A DNA stretch of 64,000 nucleotides, taken from positions 64,001-128,000 of the forward strand of contig JBBAUX010000002.1 of NCBI GenBank assembly GCA_040398005.1, written 5' to 3'. The translations under genes and the position numbers were made by a program. The notes under the pieces were generated by a model. That model was not told the origin of the DNA, made no database searches, and worked only from the letters and a program-made list of their open reading frames with translations. Every line of letters starts with the position of its first letter. The first letter of the stretch is position 1. This DNA comes from Opitutales bacterium. Lineage in GTDB: Bacteria > Verrucomicrobiota > Verrucomicrobiia > Opitutales > UBA953. Shown here in pieces: positions 41,256-51,148 of the stretch.

Positions 41256-41285
41256 TTAGGCCCTGAATTCATTGCCCAAAAAAGG

Positions 41286-41321
41286 AGCCGGCATACGTAC
41301 CCCTACGTATGCCGGCTTTTT
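41286..41321 (+). terminator. Intrinsic terminator after pilC (14-bp perfect stem)
   Basis: AGCCGGCATACGTA-CCCC-TACGTATGCCGGCT followed by TTTT; A-run on the 5' side, so possibly bidirectional. Confidence 0.85.
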
Positions 41322-41436
41322 ATTACTATTTTAACTTACTTACCCCATTGCCCCGTAGGACAAATTTATAACCTAAAGACTAACGATTTTTGGGCTTTTG
41401 CAAGAAATTTCCAGAGACTCCCACCGCCTCATCCTA

Positions 41437-41449
41437 TAAGTGCTTGATT
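41437..41449 (-). promoter_or_regulatory. IHF-consensus site just downstream of the tRNA-Met 3' end
   Basis: Minus strand AATCAAGCACTTA matches WATCAAnnnnTTR; overlaps the TCCTATAA/TTATAGGA inverted repeat. Confidence 0.45.
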
Positions 41450-41465
41450 TATAGGACTTTAAAAT

Positions 41466-41543
41466 TGGGTGCAGGGGTAGGATTTGAACCTACGACCTTC
41501 AGGTTATGAGCCTGACGAGCTAACCGGGCTGCTCCACCCTGCA
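41466..41543 (-). tRNA. tRNA-Met (CAT), initiator type
   Basis: Reverse complement TGCAGGGTGGAGCAGCCCGGTTAGCTCGTCAGGCTCATAACCTGAAGGTCGTAGGTTCAAATCCTACCCCTGCACCCA; A11:U24 pair, CTCATAA loop, TTCAAAT T-loop. Confidence 0.93.
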
Positions 41544-41729
41544 ATAAGTGGGAGGTGCAACAGAAAGCTTAAATGGACGAGTCGCAAGCCATTTCTGCAT
41601 GGATCCTTTTAACGCAATCTCATCGATATAGATAAGGCATTTGTTACAGATTTGTGCCAACGCCTCTGGGGTGTTAATTGGGGTTGGAACTTTCGCTATG
41701 AAAATTGATGTTCATAGCTGTACCCAGTT

Positions 41730-43004
41730 ATGTCAGATACCCCTCCCAATCCTCCCTCGGCAGAAGTTGATGATGCTATCGATGCACAAGGCGAGCAAGT
41801 GGCCATTCGTCAAAAGCAGGGCTTCTGGGCACGCCTTGGTGGCGGTGGTTTGATGGTTTCGTTGATGATTCACTTTTTCTTGGTCGTCGTCGCGGTGTTC
41901 TGGGTAGTTTCAACCTGGACCGATTCCACTAAACGCGAGCCCACTCAATTTGCAACGGGTGCGGGTGGTGGTAACGATGGTGATCGTGCGAAAATTTATC
42001 AGCATCGCCTGCAGCAAAAAAATATGAAGTCGTTGGCCAAGAGCACACCGCGCCTGACTTCTAAAAATCCGAACTCCACGATTTCACTGCCCGACATTCC
42101 TAATGTGTCTACCTCGTCGATGGTCTCAGGCGCTACGATGGGTGGTTCCTCTAAAGGCTTCGGCGGCGGTTCAGGTGGCGGAATAGGCTCAGGCCAAGGT
42201 CTGGGTGTAGGTGGTGGTAAAAATCCAGTCGGAAAATTTAAGCCCGTGATGGGCGCTAAAATCCAGGCCACAAAAGTGGCGGTGTTTATGGATTCCTCGA
42301 GATCCATGGCTCGTTATTTAGACCGAGTTGAGAGCGAAATCCGTAAACAATTCCCGGATGCCGACGTCTTTATGTACAGCGGAATTTGGACCAACACGAT
42401 TGGTAACGTGGTGATGGGCGGCAGTAAATATAAGGGCACCTACAGCGATAAAACCAAAGGCGGCGCGAAAAATACCGATATCGAAAAATTAACCACCAAG
42501 GGTAAGAGTATTTTCAGAGAGCATGATAAGAGTTTTCAGACGGGCTGCGTGGGCGCATGGGTTGATATTATGAAGAATCAGCGAGAGTATGATGCTTTAA
42601 TTATTTTCTCGGACTTCCAAGATGGCGTTACGCAATACCGCGAAAAAGACAAAAATGGCGGAGCTAAGTATTACTATGGTAGCGATAAGTTTGAAACCGT
42701 TTATGCTGATGGCGTGAGAGCAAAACATCCTACCGATGATCGTACCGAACAAGAGAAGGGTTGGGAAAAGGAATGGTTGAAGGTATTTGGCGAAGCGAAT
42801 AGCGGTAAAGGACCTCGACTCTATTTATTTTCAACTGAGACAGAGCCACAGGCTATTTTTGAAAAATGCGTAAAGGCATCGGGTGGACAAAGTAAAATGG
42901 TGGAATGGTTGAGAACTGGAGGAAATCCACCAGCCGTTACCGAAGAAGAACCAACTGAAATTAAAAAGAGTTCGGTAAGCACACCAGCTAACACCAATCG
43001 ATAG
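41730..43004 (+). CDS. Membrane-anchored protein: SxxxH TM helix, Gly-rich linker, vWA-like domain (paralog 1)
   Basis: VSLMIHFFLVVVAVFWVV; GFGGGSGGGIGSGQG; AVFMDSSRSM (MIDAS DxSxS); IIFSD. Confidence 0.7.
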   Translation: MSDTPPNPPSAEVDDAIDAQGEQVAIRQKQGFWARLGGGGLMVSLMIHFFLVVVAVFWVVSTWTDSTKREPTQFATGAGGGNDGDRAKIYQHRLQQKNMKSLAKSTPRLTSKNPNSTISLPDIPNVSTSSMVSGATMGGSSKGFGGGSGGGIGSGQGLGVGGGKNPVGKFKPVMGAKIQATKVAVFMDSSRSMARYLDRVESEIRKQFPDADVFMYSGIWTNTIGNVVMGGSKYKGTYSDKTKGGAKNTDIEKLTTKGKSIFREHDKSFQTGCVGAWVDIMKNQREYDALIIFSDFQDGVTQYREKDKNGGAKYYYGSDKFETVYADGVRAKHPTDDRTEQEKGWEKEWLKVFGEANSGKGPRLYLFSTETEPQAIFEKCVKASGGQSKMVEWLRTGGNPPAVTEEEPTEIKKSSVSTPANTNR

Positions 43005-43077
43005 TTAGAAGGTATTAGGTCAATGTGCCTAGTACGCTAATCTTGTCGGTCGGCTGTGCGGCGTTGAATGGTCATGT

Positions 43078-44142
43078 ATGTCGCATGGTACCGTTCGTCA
43101 GCGAAAATCACCACAGACCTGGAAGGGTTTTGTGACTTCGCTCTTTGTGCATGGAATTTTATTAGGCTTAGCTTGTTGGATCGTCTTGGCTTCACCAATC
43201 GCTGTGAAAATACATCAAGACCCTGATTTATTTGTCACGGCGAGTGGTTCAGCAAAGCCGGCGACCACCACGCAGGCATATACCATTAAAAATTCTCCAA
43301 AAAGATTTCAGGGGGCGACTCGTCTTTCCGTAAATAATAATAACGCCTCCATCGCTTTGCCCGAGCTGACCGGTATTTCCGATATGATGAGTTCTAGTTT
43401 TAGTATGGAGAAGGGGATGGGGCGTGAGGGACTCGGCCAGGGCCAGGGAATGTCGTTCGGGGGTATGGTTGACTCGCGGACCTTAGTTGGAAAATTCGTG
43501 ATGGGTGCCTCCATTCGCGCCCAACGGATTGCCGTGTATCTAGACTGTTCCGGATCCATGCGACCTTACTTAACGCAAGTGACTCAAGAAATTAAAAATC
43601 AATTTCCTGATGCGGATGTATTTCGATTTGATGGAGCCCGCGTCGTCAGTTTGGAAAATAATATTGTCTACGGAAAAACTTTTCATGGCGACGCACCACG
43701 CTTAACCGAAGCGCCTACGCAAACGATTGATTCTGAATTAACCTCAGAAGGTCGCCAGCTTTTGAGTCGCATTCGGACGGCTTGTGAAAAGGGTTCCTTG
43801 GGTGCGTGGATTGATCGATTGTTAGCGGAAGACTATGACGCGCTTGTGGTATTTTCGGACTTTCAAGACGGCGTGAGAATTTACGAAGAAAATAATAAAG
43901 GGGCCCCCACCTTGATTTATTCCGATAGTAATTACCATAAGGTCGGAGCGGTTATGCCCGTTAAACCTTGGCAGGGTAAGTGGATAGACGCCTTTACAAA
44001 AGGGGCTACAGGTCACGGACCTAAACTGTATCTATTTTCTATTCATCAGCCCCCCCAGGGCTTATTAAAGGCCTGCGTGGAGGCCTCGGGCGGCAGTTCA
44101 GTATCCGTGAGCTGGCTTAAGTCGGGTCAACGGCCTGATTAG
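43078..44142 (+). CDS. Membrane-anchored protein: SxxxH TM helix, linker, vWA-like domain (paralog 2)
   Basis: TSLFVHGILLGLACWIVL; AVYLDCSGSM; shares QFPDADVF, GAW.D, YDAL..FSDFQDGV, GP.LYLFS, ASGG with paralog 1. Confidence 0.7.
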   Translation: MSHGTVRQRKSPQTWKGFVTSLFVHGILLGLACWIVLASPIAVKIHQDPDLFVTASGSAKPATTTQAYTIKNSPKRFQGATRLSVNNNNASIALPELTGISDMMSSSFSMEKGMGREGLGQGQGMSFGGMVDSRTLVGKFVMGASIRAQRIAVYLDCSGSMRPYLTQVTQEIKNQFPDADVFRFDGARVVSLENNIVYGKTFHGDAPRLTEAPTQTIDSELTSEGRQLLSRIRTACEKGSLGAWIDRLLAEDYDALVVFSDFQDGVRIYEENNKGAPTLIYSDSNYHKVGAVMPVKPWQGKWIDAFTKGATGHGPKLYLFSIHQPPQGLLKACVEASGGSSVSVSWLKSGQRPD

Positions 44143-44185
44143 GCTTGGCGGTTGCACCCCGGCTGAAGTTGGTTTGGATAAAGTG

Positions 44186-44605
44186 ATGGAAATATTTAAG
44201 GCAGAGTACCGTGCGAATTTTTCGGATACCGATGCTGCGGGCATTATCCATTTCTCGACCATCTTCTTCTGGGTCGAAGCCACCGAGGAGGCCTTGTATC
44301 GACAACTTAAATTGCCGTTTCTTAAATCTGACGGAAATAAGTTAACGGGTTTTCCTCGGGTACGCGTGGAGTGCGATTATCTCGCCCCTATTTATCGTGA
44401 AGACCTAGTGGTGATTGAATTATCGCCCCGTGAGCTAGGGGATAAAAAAATTATTTGGAATTTTAAGGCCAAGGTCGGAGACAAAGAAGTAGCCAATGGG
44501 GCATTGACGACGGTCTACGCTTGGCGCGAAGGGCAGGGGCCGATGTCTGCGGCACTCGTACCGTTAGAAACCAAGACTACATTTGAAAATTTTTTTAAGG
44601 CGTAA
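44186..44605 (+). CDS. Acyl-CoA thioesterase (4HBT/YbgC hot-dog family)
   Basis: F.DTDAAGIIHF, CDYLAP. Confidence 0.82.
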   Translation: MEIFKAEYRANFSDTDAAGIIHFSTIFFWVEATEEALYRQLKLPFLKSDGNKLTGFPRVRVECDYLAPIYREDLVVIELSPRELGDKKIIWNFKAKVGDKEVANGALTTVYAWREGQGPMSAALVPLETKTTFENFFKA

Positions 44606-44614
44606 CCGTGTGTG

Positions 44615-45511
44615 ATGAGTGATTCCGGTCTGATCCATAATTTTAGTCATCAGGCCCTGGGCACACGATTCTGGATCCGTATTGCCGATGAGGACTATGC
44701 CTTCGCCGAACGCGCTGCTGAGTCTGTTTTCTTTACCCTCGATCGTCTAGACTCGGATTTAAATGGAGTTGGTTCGGATGGAGCCCTTGCGCTGATTAAT
44801 CAATTACCGGAAGGTGAAATGATTTCAGTCAGCGAAGACTTTGGCGCGCTTTGGAAATTTTCTGAAACTTTTAATAAAGAAACCGCGGGGGTTTTTGATG
44901 TATCAGCTGGAAGTCTCTTCCGTTATTGGACCGAGCGCGGTTCCGATGAATTTAATCCTGATGATCCCGTTTGGGAAAAAACTTTTCAGGATTACAAAAG
45001 CGGAAAATTTTCTCTAGAAGGTAATGAACTCACCCGCCAACAGGGCGGAAGCGTTATCGACTTAAGCGGCATTATTCACGGGTATGCCTGTGATCGCATG
45101 GCAGAAATGTTAGAAAGTAATTGGGGTATTCACCGGGCGATTTTAGGTGCCGGCAGTAATGTCGTTTTGGCATTGGATCCTCCAGGAGAAGCCCGAGGTT
45201 GGCGGGTGGGACTAGGTCGCACCCTAGAGCTTAAGTTATGTCGTACGGCACTCGCCAGTAAGCCGAATAACTGCATGAAGTCCTGTTTGGTGAATCCTTT
45301 GACGGGTCTCGCAGCGCCTTTAAGTCATGAAGCTATTCGTGCAGTGGCAAATACCGCATTAGAAGCCGAGGCATTGACGACGGTGGGGGTCTTGCTGTCT
45401 CAATCCGAAATCGAAAGTTTACTCACGCGAGTTTTAACCCGCGGACTCTGGCTGCCCGGCGGCGACTGTCTCGGGATGTTTAAGAATCTGGATTTAACGA
45501 GTCGAAACTAA
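44615..45511 (+). CDS. ApbE-family FAD:protein FMN transferase-like protein, divergent
   Basis: ALGT, T.GVFDVS.G.L...W, IDLSGI..GYA.D, GWRVG, NPLTG. Confidence 0.7.
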   Translation: MSDSGLIHNFSHQALGTRFWIRIADEDYAFAERAAESVFFTLDRLDSDLNGVGSDGALALINQLPEGEMISVSEDFGALWKFSETFNKETAGVFDVSAGSLFRYWTERGSDEFNPDDPVWEKTFQDYKSGKFSLEGNELTRQQGGSVIDLSGIIHGYACDRMAEMLESNWGIHRAILGAGSNVVLALDPPGEARGWRVGLGRTLELKLCRTALASKPNNCMKSCLVNPLTGLAAPLSHEAIRAVANTALEAEALTTVGVLLSQSEIESLLTRVLTRGLWLPGGDCLGMFKNLDLTSRN

Positions 45512-45514
45512 CAC

Positions 45515-47272
45515 TTACTGATTAATCATCTTCTCGATATCCAGCTGAAGCTTTTCGCGGTTATCGGAGAAGAGGTACGTGTCAGAGGATACGCAATTCA
45601 AGGCGGAGATGAGAACATCGCGCGGAGGGCGACGCGTATCCATGAGTCGACGGATATAGACTTCGACATCACCGGCAATTTCTTGGTGTTCGATTTTTAG
45701 CTTAACAATTTGTAAAAGCAGGGGCTGGTTATTCTCGTTCATTAAGTGTGCTTGAATGAGCATGTTATTGGCTTCGACGAATCGTTTAGCCTGAATCAAT
45801 TTTTTACCCGTGGCGATGAGGAGTTGGGGCGGAATGCGCCGGTTCTCCAAGAGGCGGGTTAAATTAATTAAACCAATTTCTGGCTGATCATCGGCGAAGT
45901 ACGCGATACATTTTAAAGCATCGAGCGCGATTTTCGTATCGGCCAGCCACTGCTCGCGTTCGATTTGAGACAAGAGTTCATCAATCAGCAAAATCGCATC
46001 GTGCGGGCGGCCAGCATTAATCAGACACTCAGCGTGGGTGAGGGCGAATTTGGTACGACTAGGAAAACGATTTTGCTCGGAGAGGGTGAGCAAGCGAGCG
46101 GTGAGTTTTGCATCAAAATTATCATTGGCGTACTGTGCTAACTCGAGCATCGCCTGCTCTCTCCGGCCGTATTTCTTAATAATTTTTTCAATTTCACTAT
46201 TCCGTTTTTGTAGGTTTTCAGGACCCGTTGTTAAGTGTAGCGATTGAATGTAAGGGCTGAAATTTTCTGGGTTATTAATAATGATTAAGTCTAGGCAATC
46301 CCGGGCTTCTTTGATGCTGCCCATGTCTTTAAGCCAGCGTGCCTTAATTTCTAGGAGTCGCATCACCCCAGGATAGTTTTTGATGGCGGTATTAAGCAGC
46401 TTAATCGCCTCGGGTTTTTCGCCCAATTCGTACATTAACTGACAGCGTAAGAGAAATCCTTCCGGATTGGTCTCGAGCGTGTAGTCGCGAATTAACTTGG
46501 AGGCCTCGCTGTAATTACCGCGGAAAAAGTTGGCCTGCGCTTCGGCTAGTTTAAGGTCTTCCCGGATGACTGGGCTGAGTTGTTTGTTGGGTAGGTATTT
46601 TTTAGCGGTGTTGATGACTCGGGTATCTTGGTCGAGCATGAAGCAACGCGTTAGATAATTTCTAAAAATCTCCGGATTATTTAATCCGAAATCGAGGGAA
46701 TTTTCTAAAATTAGAAAAGCGTCAATCGAACGGCCAAACGCAAAGTATAAGTCGGCGCAAAGTTTTTGCGCTTCCGCGTTCCGCGGCGTCAGACTCGCAC
46801 CCGTCCCAATGTATTTTGCGAATTCAGCAAAGTCGCCACGTTCTAAGGCAGCCTTGGCCACACTAACGAAATATTCCCCCTTGTGATTTAAGTGGGCGAC
46901 TTTTCCGTGGTCTTTCTCTGGGTTGTAATCAATGATTTTTTGACGACTACGCAGGCTAACTTCTTCGGGTTTGAGAAAGAAATTAACGGTGTTGTCGATG
47001 GCGGTGTCGTAATAAAACAAATAAACATCAGTCCGGCGTGTGGTTGTAATTCCATACATGTAACGTTCCCGAAAATACATAAACTCGGAGGACAGTAACC
47101 ATAAGCCAAAAAGTAAAAAAGGCAGAATGCCTGCGATTCGTCGGACGTTTAAACTATAAACCTTTTTGCTATATCCAAATTGTTCAACGAAAACAGTGCC
47201 GAATAAAATAGCCCGAGTACGCTTCTTATTCGGGTCGATACCGTAATCATATTTCTCTTCTTTCTTTTTCAT
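45515..47272 (-). CDS. Membrane-anchored tetratricopeptide-repeat protein
   Basis: One TM helix (ILPFLLFGLWLL) followed by repeated helical pairs with TPR-like A/L/Y pattern; ATG 47272 preferred. Confidence 0.65.
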   Translation of the reverse strand: MKKKEEKYDYGIDPNKKRTRAILFGTVFVEQFGYSKKVYSLNVRRIAGILPFLLFGLWLLSSEFMYFRERYMYGITTTRRTDVYLFYYDTAIDNTVNFFLKPEEVSLRSRQKIIDYNPEKDHGKVAHLNHKGEYFVSVAKAALERGDFAEFAKYIGTGASLTPRNAEAQKLCADLYFAFGRSIDAFLILENSLDFGLNNPEIFRNYLTRCFMLDQDTRVINTAKKYLPNKQLSPVIREDLKLAEAQANFFRGNYSEASKLIRDYTLETNPEGFLLRCQLMYELGEKPEAIKLLNTAIKNYPGVMRLLEIKARWLKDMGSIKEARDCLDLIIINNPENFSPYIQSLHLTTGPENLQKRNSEIEKIIKKYGRREQAMLELAQYANDNFDAKLTARLLTLSEQNRFPSRTKFALTHAECLINAGRPHDAILLIDELLSQIEREQWLADTKIALDALKCIAYFADDQPEIGLINLTRLLENRRIPPQLLIATGKKLIQAKRFVEANNMLIQAHLMNENNQPLLLQIVKLKIEHQEIAGDVEVYIRRLMDTRRPPRDVLISALNCVSSDTYLFSDNREKLQLDIEKMINQ

Positions 47273-47319
47273 GGACGGCACATTAACCAAACAATTGAGA
47301 AACGAGGCAAGAGAGGAGT

Positions 47320-49338
47320 CTAGGAGATGAAATCTGTAGCAATTTCGACAGATTCCGTGGGATTAAGACAGGTTTTGCCTATGCAAATCTGGAATCCGAC
47401 GACTGAGTCGTCCAGGCGCAGGATGAGGGGGCGGTAAGCCCTTGCCTGAGAATTTGCACCATACATACCCGTAATTTTTTCATGGAGTTGATCCAATTGA
47501 TCAGCTCTTTGATATTTAACGACCACCCAGCCTGTTGCCTGACGCGTAAACGCATCCAATGCATGAGCCACACCGTGCGGCACATTTTTCACCAATCCTC
47601 CGTAGGCCTTACTTAAATCAAAGAAATGATTAGAGAGATTGGTTTCTTCGAGCAAAACTTCCAACTGTGCATAGACCTGTAGGATCATGGAATTTCCCGC
47701 CGGAACGGCATTATCAAACCAATCTTTTTGCCTCACCGAAAGGTCATCGCGATTCTTAGAAACCATAAAGTAGCCGACGGCATGCGAATCACGGAATTTA
47801 ATTTCGACCATCTCCATTATTTTTTTGGCTCTTCTAAGATAGTCAGTGTGTTGAGTACCGAGTCCCCAATCCGCATAGGCACCGAGCGCTAGTTCAGCTT
47901 CCGCCAAACTCGCATAGTTAGTCATGATACCTTCACCGCTCGCTTTATCTTTATACCAGGTTGTAAATAAATTGATTTCACCACGACTCTCGTGTGCTAG
48001 GTTCTTCCAAAGACTATTTTCGGCCGCCGCCGCGATTTTTACCCAATCTTTACGGCCAAAAATCCACCCAGCCTTGGCCAAGTTTTTAATCACTAAGGCA
48101 TTCCAACCGAGCAAGATCTTGTCGTCGCGCAGTGGTTGCGGTCTTTGCTCGCGAATTTTTAATAACTTTTGTCGGGCTAACTTAAATTTTCCCCGCTCTT
48201 TAATATTTCCTCTAAGTTTGGGAATATTGGCTCCTTCAAAATTGCCTTGATCGGTGATCCCGTAGGCCTGAGCAAAATCTCGCGCTTGTTCGCCGAGTGC
48301 TTCAACAATTTCAATAGGCTTCCAAATATAAGTCGTGCCTTCATGGTGATCAGTATCTGCATCGAGTGAAGTCGCAAAGAGTCCACTCACGGTTAACATC
48401 TCACGATTTAACCATTCAATGGTTTCTTCAACGACCGCCAAGTAAAGAGGGTCGCGATAACGTGACCACGCTTCAGCATAGGTGCCAATGAGCTGAGCAT
48501 TGTCATAAAGCATTTTTTCGAAATGCGGCACCGTCCAATCACGATCCACGCAGTAGCGGTGAAACCCACCTCCGATTTGATCATACAGCCCACCGCGAGC
48601 CATGGCACCTAAAGTCACCGTAATCACCGCATCCAGTCGGGTCGCCAAAGCCCGATCATTATCCGCTGCCTTGGTGGCCCTAATCCCTAATAGAAAATCA
48701 ATAACTGAGGGGTTGGGAAATTTAGGTGCACCGCTAAAGCCTCCGTACGTGTCGTCGTGATTTTCACAAATACGTTTAGCGGCTTCGATTAAATCGGGTG
48801 GAGTAGGGGCTAGACCATTAGCGTCAGGTGCGACCGTTAAATGAGTGAGATTTTTTGCAATGGCATCCGCATTCGCCGCTAATTCATTTTTGTTACTGTG
48901 ATAAAAATCGGCGACGCGCATTAATAATTGTGGCCAGGGTACTTGTCCCTGTCCTCGATCCTCGGGCGGAAAATAAGTTCCACCAAAAAAAGGTCGTCCG
49001 TCGGGTAAACAAAAACAATTCAACGGCCAGCCACCCTGACCCTGAATCATCTGCACCGCATCCATCATCAACTTGTCCACTTCAGGTTTTTCTTCCCGAT
49101 CTACTTTGATGCAGACAAAATGCTTATTCATTAATTCCGCAGTGTAGGCCTGCTCGAAAGATTCACGGGCCATGACGTGACACCAGTGACAGGAGGAATA
49201 ACCCACGGATACTAAAACGGGCTTATTCAGTTTCTTCGCTTCCGCAAAAGCCTCGGCACACCACGGCCACCAGTGGACTGGATTCTCGGCATGTTGGCGT
49301 AGATACAATGAAGACTCTTGGGCTAAGCGATTAGACAC
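47320..49338 (-). CDS. YyaL/SPATA20-like protein (thioredoxin domain plus alpha/alpha barrel)
   Basis: NRL...[47 protein letters not shown]. Confidence 0.9.
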   Translation of the reverse strand: MSNRLAQESSLYLRQHAENPVHWWPWCAEAFAEAKKLNKPVLVSVGYSSCHWCHVMARESFEQAYTAELMNKHFVCIKVDREEKPEVDKLMMDAVQMIQGQGGWPLNCFCLPDGRPFFGGTYFPPEDRGQGQVPWPQLLMRVADFYHSNKNELAANADAIAKNLTHLTVAPDANGLAPTPPDLIEAAKRICENHDDTYGGFSGAPKFPNPSVIDFLLGIRATKAADNDRALATRLDAVITVTLGAMARGGLYDQIGGGFHRYCVDRDWTVPHFEKMLYDNAQLIGTYAEAWSRYRDPLYLAVVEETIEWLNREMLTVSGLFATSLDADTDHHEGTTYIWKPIEIVEALGEQARDFAQAYGITDQGNFEGANIPKLRGNIKERGKFKLARQKLLKIREQRPQPLRDDKILLGWNALVIKNLAKAGWIFGRKDWVKIAAAAENSLWKNLAHESRGEINLFTTWYKDKASGEGIMTNYASLAEAELALGAYADWGLGTQHTDYLRRAKKIMEMVEIKFRDSHAVGYFMVSKNRDDLSVRQKDWFDNAVPAGNSMILQVYAQLEVLLEETNLSNHFFDLSKAYGGLVKNVPHGVAHALDAFTRQATGWVVVKYQRADQLDQLHEKITGMYGANSQARAYRPLILRLDDSVVGFQICIGKTCLNPTESVEIATDFIS

Positions 49339-49448
49339 GGCTCTAACCTTGCCAAAGAGTCGGTAGGTGCAAGTCTGACCTTGCACAGGCTTCGACTTGC
49401 CCGCGGCTTAATTTGTGCGTAATTCTTTGTTTTTCGAGATTCTGTCCG

Positions 49449-51146
49449 ATGTCTAAAATTCAGATTTTAACTCCCACGGTCGCCAATCAAATCGCGGCCG
49501 GCGAAGTCGTCGAACGCCCCGCCGCGGTAGTTAAGGAATTATTAGAAAACTCTCTCGATGCTGGAGCGAAAAGAGTGACGGTAGATTTTTCAAGAGGCGG
49601 TAAGGCGTATGTGATTATCGAAGATGACGGAGTGGGGATGAGTCCCGCCGACGCCTTACTCAGCCTCGAACGTCACGCCACCAGCAAGATTCGCCTCGCC
49701 TCTGATTTAGATCGCATCGCCACTTTCGGATTTCGCGGTGAGGCCTTGCCATCTATTGCCAGCGTCTCGCGCTTCACATTAAACACGCGATTGACTGACG
49801 CCGCTTCGGGCACGGAAATTTACATCAACGGAGGCAAAGTCATTCATCAACGCGATCACGGAATGCCCGTCGGCACGCGCATTGAAGTCTCTAATTTATT
49901 TCATCCAGTTCCGGCCCGACTGAAATTCCTAAAGTCAGACGAAACCGAAGCTGCCCATATTATTCGCTTAGTTCGTCTCTACGCTGTGGCGCATCCTGAA
50001 GTCGGATTTTTATTAAAAGAAGATGGAAGAGAAATTTTTCGTTCCCCTGGCCACGTACCTCTGCTTGAGAGGGTAAGAGTCATTTGGGGTAAACAAGTTG
50101 CTGAAGAAGTCAGCGTGATGCCATTGTTTGAAGTTAAGGGCATGCGTATTACGGGTCTGCTTGGAAAACCAGGCGTGAGTCGTGGTACTCGCCAAGATCT
50201 GGTCACTGTAGTGAATGGACGCCCCGTCGACAGCCGTACCATGGCCTTCGCGACTACAGAGAGTTATCACACGCTCATTCCTAAAGGTCGCTATCCACTG
50301 GCTTTTATCTTCCTCGAAATTAATCCAGCCTGGGTTGATGTGAATGTGCATCCCGCCAAACGCGAAGTGCGTTTTCGTGATGAAGCGAGCGTGCGTGGCT
50401 TTATTATTCAGTCACTGCTGTCAGTCTTGCGATCTAAGGGTGGCGACGGACTGCCCGTTGCAACAATCCTGCCCGCGGCGCCAGTGTTTAGCGTACCTGC
50501 AGTTACGAGCGTCCAAAGTAATCCAACACCTTCATCTGTGCCCGTTGCAGTGTCGACTAATTCTCAGAGTCTTAAGTTGGGTTGGAAGCTTTTATCACGA
50601 CTCCGCGAAGAGCGTGCGGTTTTTGAAACTCCCACCGGCTTAGCTATTTTAGATATCGGTGCTGCTCACCAAAGAATTTTATACGAAGATATTTTAAAAC
50701 AGTTTTCTGAACAAACTCCACTTAGTCAGCCATTACTCATTCCTTTAAATCTAGAACTCGAACCACTGCCCGCGGCGGTCTTAAAAGAGAAGAATGATTT
50801 ACTCACTGCAGCAGGATTTTCTTTTGAAGAATACGGCCGAAACTTCTGGCGTATCAATGCACTGCCGACTTGGTTGAATCCGGAAGACTCCTTAACCTTC
50901 ATCCGAGATTTATTGGCTGAAATGGCCAGACGTGAAGGTGATTTCGGTAAGCCAGCCTTAGCCTATGATGCCTTGGCTCGCCTGGCGGTTATTAAAGCTC
51001 GGAAAAAAGGCGATGCATTATCCGACCACGAACTTTTACAGTTAGTGCATAAACTTTTCCAAACATCTCAGCCCGGAGTCGACCCACGTGGACATAAGAC
51101 TTATCTTGAGTGGACCGATGCTGATTTTACCCGTCGCCTAAGTTAA
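49449..51146 (+). CDS. mutL: DNA mismatch repair protein MutL
   Basis: ANQIAAGEVVERP, KELLENSLDAGA, RHATSK, GFRGEAL.SI, VDVNVHP.KREVRF. Confidence 0.95.
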   Translation: MSKIQILTPTVANQIAAGEVVERPAAVVKELLENSLDAGAKRVTVDFSRGGKAYVIIEDDGVGMSPADALLSLERHATSKIRLASDLDRIATFGFRGEALPSIASVSRFTLNTRLTDAASGTEIYINGGKVIHQRDHGMPVGTRIEVSNLFHPVPARLKFLKSDETEAAHIIRLVRLYAVAHPEVGFLLKEDGREIFRSPGHVPLLERVRVIWGKQVAEEVSVMPLFEVKGMRITGLLGKPGVSRGTRQDLVTVVNGRPVDSRTMAFATTESYHTLIPKGRYPLAFIFLEINPAWVDVNVHPAKREVRFRDEASVRGFIIQSLLSVLRSKGGDGLPVATILPAAPVFSVPAVTSVQSNPTPSSVPVAVSTNSQSLKLGWKLLSRLREERAVFETPTGLAILDIGAAHQRILYEDILKQFSEQTPLSQPLLIPLNLELEPLPAAVLKEKNDLLTAAGFSFEEYGRNFWRINALPTWLNPEDSLTFIRDLLAEMARREGDFGKPALAYDALARLAVIKARKKGDALSDHELLQLVHKLFQTSQPGVDPRGHKTYLEWTDADFTRRLS

Positions 51147-51148
51147 AA

